DNA from: Eledone cirrhosa
Lineage: Eukaryota
DNA length: 64,000 bases
NCBI GenBank assembly: GCA_964016885.1
Contig: OZ024744.1
Location: forward strand, 4,712,001-4,776,000
Direction of reading: 5' to 3'
Every line of letters starts with the position of its first letter. Positions within the stretch are counted from its first letter, which is position 1. Below the pieces are notes generated by a model. It made no database searches. It saw nothing but the letters and a program-made list of their open reading frames with translations, and was not told the DNA's origin. The translations under genes were made by a program, and so were the position numbers. Shown in pieces: positions 32,750-45,800 of this stretch.

Positions 32750-35700
32750 AATATATCACACCACACTACACTATACCACGCCACACTACAATATATCTGA
32801 CCACACTACAATATATCACACTACACTATATCACACCACACAACAATATACCAGATCACAATACAATATAACACAACACACTACAATGTACCACACCACA
32901 CTAAATTATATCACATCACGCTACATTATATCACAGCACACTACAGTTTATCACACCACACTACAATATATCACACCACACTACAGTATATCATACCACA
33001 CTACCCCATACCACACAACTCTACACTATATTACGCTCTACTACCCTATGTCACAACACACTACAATATACCACACCAGACTACACTATATTACACTACA
33101 CTACAATATACCACAACACATTAAAATATTGCACACCACGTTACAATATATCACACCACACAAAATATATATAACACCACACTACAATATATCACACCAC
33201 ACCACATTATTCCAGACTACACTCTATCACAACCTAGTACAATATATTACATCACACTACACTATATCACACCACACTACACTATATCACTCCACACTAC
33301 ACTCTATTAAACCACACTACAATATACCACACCACACTAAAATATATCATATCACACTACAATAAATCACGCCGCACTACAATTTACCATCCCACACTAC
33401 AATATCCCACACAATACTACACTCTATCACACCAGACTACAATATACTACACCACACTACAGTATACTACACCGCACTACAATATACAACACCACATTAC
33501 TATATATCCCACCACACTACAATATACCATACCACACTACTATATGCTACACCACACTACAATATACCACACTACAATATACCAGACCACAAGATATTAT
33601 TTCACAGCACACTACACTATACCACACTACACTACACTATACCACACCACACTACAATATACCAGAGCGCACTACAATATATCACTCCACACTATAGTGT
33701 ACCACACCACATTATACTACATCACATCACACTACCATATACCACACCTCACTACAATATGCCACACCACACTACACTATACCACACAACACTACAATAT
33801 AACACACCACACCACAATATATCACACCATACGACAATATAAAACACTACACTATACGACACCACACTACACTATATCACACCACACTACATTATACTAC
33901 ACCCCACTACAATATACTACACCACACTACAATATACAGTACAACACTACAATATATCACACTGCACTACAATATACCACACCCCACTACAATATACCAC
34001 ACAATAATACACGCTATCAAACCACACTACAATATACCACACCACACTAAAATATATCACATCACACTACAACATACCACACCACGCAGCACTATACCAC
34101 ATCACACTGCACTATACCACACCAGACTACGTTATACCAAACCACACTACTATATATAACTTTTCAATACACTATATCACACCACACTACAATACACCAC
34201 ACAACACTGCGCTGTACCACACCACACTACACTTTATCTCACCCCACTACAATATAATACACCACACTACAGTATACTACAACACACTACAATATACAAC
34301 ACCACATTACTATATAACCCATCACACTACAATATATGATACCACACTACTATATACTACACCACACTACAATATACCACACTACAATATACCAGACCAC
34401 AATACATTATTTCACAGCACACTACACTATACCACACTACACAACACTATACCACACCACACTACAGTATACCAGAGCTCACTACAATATATCACTCCAC
34501 ACAATAGTGTACCACACCACATTACACTATATCACATCACACTACCATATACCACACCTCACTACAATATGCCACACCACACCACACTATACCACACAAC
34601 ACTACAATATAACACACCACACTACAATATATCACACCATACTACAATATAAAACACTACACTATACCACACCACACTACACTTTATCACACCCCACTAC
34701 AATATAATACACCACACTACAGTATACTACACCAAACTACAATATACCACGCCACACTACAATATATCTGACCACACTACAATATATCACACTACACTAT
34801 ATCACACCACACAACAATATACCAGATCACAATACAATATAACACAACACACTACAATGTACCACACCACACTAAATTATATCACATCACGCTACATTAT
34901 ATCACAGCACACTACAGTTTATCACACCACACTACAATATATAACACCACACTACAGTATATCACATCACACTACAATATATCACACCACACTACAGTAT
35001 ATCATACCACACTACCCCATACCACACAACTCTACACTATATTACGCTCTACTACCCTATGTCACAACACACTACAATATACCACACCAGACTACACTAT
35101 ATTACACTACACTACAATATACCACAACACATTAAAATATTGCACACCACGTTACAATATATCACACCACACAAAATATATATAACACCACACTACAATA
35201 TATCACACCACACCACATTATTCCAGACTACACTCTATCACAACCTAGTACCATATATTACATCACACTACGCTATATCACACCACACTACACTATATCA
35301 CTCCACACTACACTCTATTAAACCACACTACAATATACCACACCACACTAAAATATATCATATTACACTACAATAAATCACGCCGCACTACAATTTACCA
35401 TCCCACACTACAATATCCCACACAATACTACACTCTATCACACCAGACTACAATATACTACACCACACTACAGTATACTACACCACACTACAATATACAG
35501 CACCACATTACTATATATCCCACCACACTACAATATACCATACCACACTACTATATGCTACACCACACTACAATATACCACACTACAATATACCAGACCA
35601 CAAGATATTATTTCACAGCACACTACACTATACCACACTACACTACACTATACCACACCACACTACAATATACCAGAGCGCACTACAATATATCACTCCA

Positions 35701-38700
35701 CACTATAGTGTACCACACCACATTATACTACATCACATCACACTACCATATACCACACCTCACTACAATATGCCACACCACACTACACTATACCACACAA
35801 CACTACAATATAACACACCACACCACAATATATCACACCATACGACAATATAAAACACTACACTATACGACACCACACTACACTATATCACACCACACTA
35901 CATTATACTACACCCCACTACAATATACTACACCACACTACAATATACAGTACAACACTACAATATATCACACTGCACTACAATATACCACACTACACTA
36001 TATCACAACCTACTACAATATATCGCATCACACTACACTATATCACATCGCACTACAATATATCACACCACACTACACGCTATCACACCAAACTACAATA
36101 TATACATCACAGTACAATATATAACACCACACTACAATATACCACACCACACTACAATATACCACACAATAATACACGCTATCAAACCACACTACAATAT
36201 ACCACACCACACTACAATATATCACATCACACTACAACATACCACACCACGCAGCACTATACCACATCACACTGCACTATACCACACCAGACTACGTTAT
36301 ACCAAACCACACTACTATATATAACTTTTCAATAGACTATATCACACCACACTACAATACACCACACAACACTGCGCTGTACCACACCACACTACACTTT
36401 ATCTCACCCCACTACAATATAATACACCACACTACAGTATACTACAACACACTACAATATACAACACCACATTACTATATAACCCATCACACTACAATAT
36501 ATCATACCACACTACTATATACTACACCACACTACAATATACCACACTACAATATACCAGACCACAATACATTATTTCACAGCACACTACATTATACCAC
36601 ACTACACAACACTATACCACACCACACTACAGTATACCAGAGCTCACTACAATATATCACTCCACACAATAGTGTACCACACCACATTACACTATATCAC
36701 ATCACACTACCATATACCACACCTCACTACAATATGCCACACCACACCACACTATACCACACAACACTACAATATAACACACCACACTACAATATATCAC
36801 ACCATACTACATTATAAAACACTACACTATACCACACCACACTACACTTTATCACACCCCACTACAATATAATACACCACACTACAGTATACTACACCAA
36901 ACTACAATATACCACACCGCATTACTATATATCCATCCATACTACAATATACAACTCCACACTACACTATATCAAACCACACTACACTATACCACAACAC
37001 ACTACAATATATCAAATCACACTACACTATATCACACCACACTACAATATGTCCCACAACGCTACAATATATCACGCTACACTACAATATATCACACCAC
37101 CCTACAATATATCACACCACACTACAGTATATCACACCACACTACAATATATCACACCACACTACAGTATATCACACCACACAACCCCATACCACACAAC
37201 ACTACACTATATTACGCTATACTACCCTATGTCACAACACACTACAATATACCACACCAGACTACACTATATTACACTACACTACAATATACCACAACAC
37301 ATTAAAATATTTAACACCACACTACAATATATCGCACCACACAAAATATATATACCACCACACTACAATATATCACACCACACCACATTATACCAGACTA
37401 CACTCTATCACAACCTAGTACGATATATTACATCACACTACACTATATCACACCACACTACAATATATCACTCCACACTACACTCTATTAAACCACATTA
37501 CAATATACCACACCACACTAAAATATATCTTATCACACTACAATATATCACGCCGCACTACAATTTACCATCCCACACTACAATATCCCACACAATACTA
37601 CACTCTATCACGCCAGACTACAATATACTACACCACACTACAGTATACTACACCACACTACAATATACGACACCACATTACTATATATCCCAACACACTA
37701 CAATATACCATAACACACTACTATATACTACACCACACTACAATATACCACACTACAATATACCAGACCACAATATATTATTTCACAGCACATAACACTA
37801 TACCATATTACACTACACTATACCACACCACACTACAATATACCACACTACACTATATCACAACCTACTACAATGTATCGCATCACACTACACTATATCA
37901 CATCGCACTACAATATATCACACCACACTACACGCTATCACACCAAACTACAATATATACATCACAGTACAATATATAACACCACACTACAATATACCAC
38001 ACCACACTACAATATACCACACAATAATACACGCTATCAAACTACAATACAATATACCACACCACACTACAATGTATCACACCACACTACAATATACCAC
38101 ACCACGCAGCACTATACCACAACACACTGCAATATACCACACCAGACTACGTTATACCAAACCACACTACTATATAGAACTTTTCAATACACTATATCAC
38201 ACCACACTACAATACACCACACAACACTACGCTGTACCACACCACACTACACTTTATCACACCCCACTACAATATAATACACCACACTACAGTATACTAC
38301 ACCACACTACAATATACAACACCACATTACTATATAACCCATCACACTACAATATATCATACCACACTACTATATACTACACCACACTACAATATACCAC
38401 ACTACAATATACCAGACCACAATACATTATTTCACAGCACACTACACTATACCACACTACACTACACTATACCACACCACACTACAGTATACCAGAGCTC
38501 ACTACAATATATCACTCCACACTATAGGGTACCACACCACATTACACTATATCACATCACACTACCATATACCACACCTCACTACAATATGCCACACCAC
38601 ACTACACTATACCACACAGCACTACAATTTAACACACCACACCACAATATATCACACCATATTACAATATAAAACACTACATTATACCACACCACACTAC

Positions 38701-38900
38701 ACTATATCACACCACACTACAATATACTACACCCCACTACAATATACTACACCACACTACAATATACCGTACAACACTACAATATATCACACCATACTAC
38801 AATATACCACACTGCAGTAAATCACACCACACTACAATATACCACACTACACTATATCACAACCTACTACAATATATCGCATCACACTACACTATATCAC
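32750..38900. repeat. About 2-kb higher-order block in three copies of decreasing similarity
   Basis: ORFs 33544/35555 match at offset 2011; marker CCACGCAGCACT near 34082, 36247 and 38102; marker AACTTTTCAATA recurs likewise. Boundaries approximate. Confidence 0.8.
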
Positions 38901-41900
38901 AGCGTACTACAATATATCACACCACACTACACGCTATCACACCAAACTACAATATATATATCACAGTACAATATATAACACCACACTACAATATACCACA
39001 CAATAATACACGCTATCAAACCGCACTACAATATACCACACCACACTACAATATATCACATTACACTACAATATACCACACAACGCAGCAATATAGCACA
39101 TCGCACTGCAATATACCAGACTACGTTATACCAAACCACACTACTATATAGAACTTTTCAATACACTATACCACACCACACTACAATATACCACACAACA
39201 CTACGCTATACCACACCACACTACACTTTATCACATCCCACTACAATATAATACACCACACTACAATATACTACACCACACAACAATATAACACTCCGCA
39301 CTACACTATATCAAACCACACTACACTATACCACAACACACTACAATATATCAAACCACACTACACTATATCACACCACACTACAATATGTCCCACAACG
39401 CTACAATATATCACACTACACTACAATATATCACACCACCCTACACTATATCACACCACACTACAGCATACAACACCACACTACACTATATCACATCACA
39501 CTACCATATACCACACCTCACTGCAATATGCCACACCACACTACAATATACCACACCACACTACAATATATCATACCACAGTACAATATATCATACTACA
39601 CTACAGTATACTACACCGCACTGAAATACACCACACCACACTAGACTATACCACACCTCACTACAGTATATCCCGCCACATTATACCCCAACACACTACA
39701 ATATATCACACCGCACTACACTATACCACACCACACTACAATATATCTGACCACACTTGAATATATCACACCACACTACACTATATCACACCGAAATACA
39801 ATGTATCACAACACACTACAATATATCACACTACACTACAATAAACCACACCACACTACAATATAACACACCACACCACAATATATCACACCATTCTACA
39901 ATATACCACCCGCATTACACTATACGACACCACACTACAATATATCACACCGCACTACATTATACCACACCACACTACAATATACTACAACATACTACAG
40001 TATATCACGTCAAACTTTAATATAACAAACCACACTACAGTATACCACACCACACTACACTATATCACAAACAGACTACAATATAACTCACCACAATACA
40101 ATATACCACTCAACATTACAATATATCACACAACACTACAATATAGCCCACCAGACTACAATATACCACACTACAATATACCAGACCACAATAAATTATT
40201 TCCCATCACACTAATCTACACCACACTACAGTGTACCACACCACAGTTTACCACAGCACACTTCAATATATCACACCACACTACAATATATCAAATCACA
40301 CTACACTATACCACACCACACTACACTATATCACATCACACTACCATATACCACACCTCACTACAATATGCCACACCACACTACAATATACAACACCACA
40401 CTACAATATATCAAACCACAGTACAATATATCACACCACACTAGACTATACCACACCACACTACAGTGTATCCGACCACACTATGCCACACCACACTGCA
40501 ATATATCACACCACACTACACTATAGCATGCCACACTACAATATATCTGACCACACTACAATATAGCAAACCACACTACACTATATCACACCACACTACA
40601 ATATATAACATCACACTACAATATACCACATCACACTATAAAATACCACACCACACTACACAATACCACACCACACTACACTATGTTACATTTCACTACA
40701 ATATACCACAACACACTAAAATATATCACACCACACTACGCTATATGACACCACACTACACTATATCACACCACACTACAATATATCACACCACACTAAA
40801 ATATATCACACCACACTAAAATATATATACCACCACACTACGATGTATCACACCACACTATACTATCAAATACTACACTCTATTACAACCTACTACATTA
40901 TATTACATCACACTACACTATATCACAACACAATACTATATATCACTCCACACTACACTCTATGACAACACACTATAATATACTACACCACACTACATTA
41001 TACTACACCACACTACAATATACCACATCACATTACTCTATACAACACCACACTACAATATATCACACCACACTACTATATACTACACCACACTACAATA
41101 TAACACACTACAATATACCGGACCACAATACATTATTTCACATCACACTACACTATACCACACCACACTACACTATACCAAACCACACTACAGTATACCA
41201 CAGCACACTACAATTTATCACACCACACTACAATATATCTCACCACAATACAATATACCTGTCCATATTACAATATATCACACCACACTACAATATACCA
41301 CACCACTCTACTCTATATAACACGACACTACAATATATCTCACGACACTACAATATATCACACCACACTACAATATACCACACCACATTACACTATACAA
41401 CACCACAATACAATATATCACACCACACTACAATATACCACACCACACTACATTATATCACACCACACTATAATATACCGCACTACATTATATCACAACC
41501 TATTACGATATATCACATCACACTACACTATATGACATCACACTACAATATATCACACCACACTACACTCTATCCCACCACACTACAATATACCACACCG
41601 CACTACAATATGTCACATCACACTACACTATATTATACCGCACTACAATATACCACACCACACTACTATATACCACACCACACAACGATATACCACACAA
41701 TAGTACACTCTATCACACCACACTACAATATACCACACCACACTACAATATATCACATCACACTAAAATATATCACACCACACTACAATATGCCCCACCA
41801 CACTACAATATACCTCATCACACTACAATATACCACACCACTCTACATTATAGCACACCAGACTACTATATACCACATCACGCTACACTATACCACACCA

Positions 41901-42124
41901 CAATACAATATACCACACGACACTACAATAAACCACGCCACATTACTATATGTCCCACCACACTACAATATACCACTCCACACTACACTATATCAAACCG
42001 CACTACAGTATACCACACTACACTACAATATATCACACCACACTACCATATATCACACCACACTACAATATACTGCACCTCACTACAATTTATCACACCA
42101 CGCCATATTACTATATACCACACC

Positions 42125-42666
42125 ACACTACAATATACCTCACCACATTACAATATACCCCACTATAGTACATTATACCACACTACAATATACTACACCA
42201 CACTACAATATACAACACTATAGTACACTATACCACACTACGATATACTACACCACACTACAATATACCACACTATAATACAATATACCACACTACAATA
42301 TACTACACCACACTACAACATGCCACACTATAGTACCAGGTACCACACTACAATATACTACACCACACTAAAATAAGCCACACTATAGTACCATGCAACA
42401 CACTATAATATACTACACCGCACTACAATATGCCACACTACATTACCGTGTACCACACTACAATATACTACACCACACTACAATATACCACACTATATTA
42501 CAATATACCACACTACACTATACTATACCACACTGCACTACATCAGACCACACTACAATATACCACACCACACTACAATATACCACACTATAATACAGTA
42601 TACCACACTACAATATACTATACCACACTACAATATACCACACTATAGTACAATATACCACACTAC
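42125..42666. repeat. 55-bp-period subarray (15+20+20) derived from the pentamer satellite
   Basis: TAGTAC/TAATAC marker at 42166, 42221, 42276, 42331, 42386, i.e. exact 55-bp steps. Confidence 0.8.
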
Positions 42667-42866
42667 NNNNNNNNNNNNNNNNNNNNNNNNNNNNNNNNNN
42701 NNNNNNNNNNNNNNNNNNNNNNNNNNNNNNNNNNNNNNNNNNNNNNNNNNNNNNNNNNNNNNNNNNNNNNNNNNNNNNNNNNNNNNNNNNNNNNNNNNNN
42801 NNNNNNNNNNNNNNNNNNNNNNNNNNNNNNNNNNNNNNNNNNNNNNNNNNNNNNNNNNNNNNNNNN
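42667..42866. other. Assembly gap (200 N)
   Basis: Exactly 200 N; a round size typical of a scaffolding placeholder. Confidence 0.99.
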
Positions 42867-45800
42867 TGGTAGCAGAGGTCTATCTTGGTAGACAGTGGTG
42901 TTGGTAGCAGAGATGTATCTTGGTAGACAGTAGTGTTGGTAGCAGGGGTCTATGTTGGTAGACAGTGGTGTTTGTAGCAGAGGTCTATGTTGGTAGACAG
43001 TGGTGTTGGAAGCAGAGGTCTATGTTAGTAGACAGTGGTGTTGGTACAGAGGTCTATGTTGGTAGACAGTGAGGTTGGTAGCAGAGGTCTATATTGGTAG
43101 ACAGTGAGGTTGGTAGCAGAGGTCTATCTTGGTAGACAGTGAGGTTGGTAGCAGAGCTCTATCTTGGTAGACAGTGGTGTTGGTAGCAGAGGTCTATCTT
43201 GGTAGACAGTGGTGTTGGTAGCAGAGGTTTATCTTGGTAGACAGTGGTGTTGGTAGCAGAGGTATATCTTGGTAGACAGTGGTGTTGGTAGCAGAAGTCT
43301 ATCTTGGTAGACAGTGGTGTTGGTAGCAGAGGTCTATCTTGGTAGACAGTGGTGTTGCTAGCAGAGGTCTATCTTGGTAGACAGTGGTGTTGGTAGCAAA
43401 GGTCTATGTTGGTAGACAGTGAGGTTGGTAGCAGCGGTCTATCTTGGTAGACAGTGGTGTTGGTAGCAGAGGTCTATGTTGGTAGACAGTGGTGTTGGTA
43501 GCAGAGGTATATCTTGGTAGGCAGTGGTGTTGGTAGCAGAGCTCTATCTTGGTAGACAGTGGTGTTGGTAGCAGAGGTCTATCTTGGTAGACAGTGGTGT
43601 TGGTAGCAGAAGTCTATCTTGGTAGACAGTGGTGTTGGTTGCAGAGGTCTATCTTGGTAGACAGTGGTGTTGGTAGCAGAGGTCTATGTTTGTAGACAGT
43701 GAGGTTGGTAGCAGAGGTCTATGCTGGTAGACAGTGGTGTTGGTAGCAGAGGTCTATCTTGGTAGACAGTGGTGTTGGTAGCAGAGGTCTATCTTGGTAG
43801 ACAGTGGTGTTGGTAGCAGAGGTCTATGTTTGTAGACAGTGAGGTTGCTAGCAGAGGTCTATCTTGGTAGACAGTGGTGTTGGTAGCAGAGGTCTATCTT
43901 GGTAGACAGTGAGGTTGGTATCAGAGGTCTATCTTGGTAGACAGTGGTGTTGGTAGCAGAGGTCTATGTTGGTAGACAGTGGTGTTGGTAGCAGAGGTCT
44001 ATCTTGGTAGATAGTGAGGTTGGTAGTAGAGGTCTATGTTGGTAGACATTGGTGTTGGTAGCAGGGTTCTAACTTGGTAGACAGTGGTGTTGGTAGCAGA
44101 GGTCTATGTTGGTAGACAGTGGTGTTGGTGATAGAGGTCTATCTTGGTAGACAGTGGTGTTGGTAGCAGATGTCTATCTTGGTAGACAGTGGTGTTGGTA
44201 GCAGAGGTCTAGCTTGGTAGACAGTGGTGTTGGTAGCAGAGGTCGATCTTGGTAGACAGTGGTGTTGGTAGCAGAGGTCTATCTTGGTAGACAGTGGTGT
44301 TGGTAGCAGATGTCTATCTTGGTAGACAGTGGTGTTGGTAGCAGAGATATATCTTGGTAGACAGTGGTGTTGGTAGCAGAGGTCGATCTTGGTAGACAGT
44401 GGTGTTGGTAGCAGAGGTCGATCTTGGTAGACAGTGGTGTTGGTAGCAGAGGTCTATCTTGGTAGACAGTGGTGTTGGTAGCAGAGGTCTATGTTGGTAG
44501 ACAGTGGTGTTGGTAGCAGAGGTATATCTTGGTAGGCAGTGGTGTTGGTAGCAGAGCTCTATCTTGGTAGACAGTGGTGTTGGTAGCAGAGGTCTATCTT
44601 GGTAGACAGTGGTGTTGGTAGCAGAGGTCTTTCTTGGTAGACAGTGGTGTTGGTAGCAGAGGTCTATGTTGGTAGAAAGTGAGGTTGGTAGCAGAGGTCT
44701 ATCTTGGTAGAAAGTGGTGTTGGTAGGAGAGGTCTATCTTGGTAGACAGTGGTGTTGGTAACAGAGGTCTATCTTGGTAGACAGTGATGTTGGTAGCAGA
44801 GGTCTATATTGGTAGACAGTGGTGTTGGTAGCAGATGTCTATCTTGGTAGACAGTGGTGTTGGTAGCAGAGGTCTATCTTGGTAGACAGTGGTGGTGGTA
44901 GCAGAGGTCTATCTTGTTAGACAGTGTTGTTGGTAGCAGAGGTCTATCTTAGTAGACAGTGGTGTTGGTAGCAGAGGTCTATCCTGGTAGACAGTGGTGT
45001 TGGTAGCAGAGGTCTATCTTGGTAGACAGTAGTGTTGGTAGCAGAGGTCTATCTTGGTAGACAGTGGTGTTGGTAGCTGAGGTCTAACTTGGTAGACAGT
45101 GGTGTTGATAGCAGAGGTCTATGTTGGTAGACAGTGGTGTTGGTAGCAGAGGCCTATCTTGGTAGACAGTGGTTTTGGTAGCAGAGGTCTATATTGGTAG
45201 ACAGTGGTGTTGGTAGTAGAGGTCTATCTTGGTAGACAGTGGTGTTGGTAGCAGATGTCTATCTTGGTAGACAGTGGTGTTGGTAGCAGAGGTCTATCTT
45301 GGTAGACAGTGGTGTTGGTAGCAAAGGTATATCTTGGTAGACAGTGGTGTTGGTAGCAGAGGTCTATCTTGGTAGACAGTGTTGTTGGTAGCAGAGGTCT
45401 ATCTTGGTAGACAGTGGTGTTGGTAGCAGACATCTATCTTGGTAGACAGTGGTGTTGGTAGCAGATGTCTATCTTGGTAGACAGTGGTGTTGGTAGCAGA
45501 GGTCTATCTTGGTAGACAGTGGTGTTGGTAGCAGAGGTCTATCTTGGTAGACAGTGGTGTTGGTAGCAGAGGTCTATCTTGGTAGACAGTGGTGTTGGTA
45601 GCAGAGGTCTATCTTGGTAGACAGTGGTGTTGGAAGCAGAGGTCTATCTTGGTAGACAGTGGTGTTGGTAGCAGAGGTCTATCTTGGTTGACAGTGGTAT
45701 TGGTAGCAGAGGTCTATCTTCGTAGACAGTGGTGTTGGTAACACAGGTCTATCTTGGTAGACAGTGGTGTTGGTAGCAGAGGTATATCTTGGTAGACAGT

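Larger units (their letters stand above)
8045..42666. repeat. Degenerate pentamer-based satellite (20-bp unit, occasional 15-bp units), main segment with kb-scale duplications
   Basis: Same words and orientation as 1-2967; interrupted only by three SINE copies; ends at the N gap. Confidence 0.97.

Noticed and set aside
102-42648. Dozens of His/Thr/Tyr-rich + strand ORFs up to 483 aa (possible His-rich structural or metal-binding protein)
   Set aside because: The 20-bp consensus has no stop codon in any + frame, so all three frames give the same HTTLQYITPHYNISHHTTIY peptide; ORFs overlap, frequent indels break frame, and there is no signal peptide or unique domain.
1-42666. Telomeric repeat array
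   Set aside because: G-rich minus strand is suggestive, but there is no TTAGGG/TTAGG tandem and the array is highly degenerate with old insertions.
45224-45433. 69-aa minus-strand ORF
   Set aside because: Translation of the 35-bp satellite begun by a chance ATG variant.
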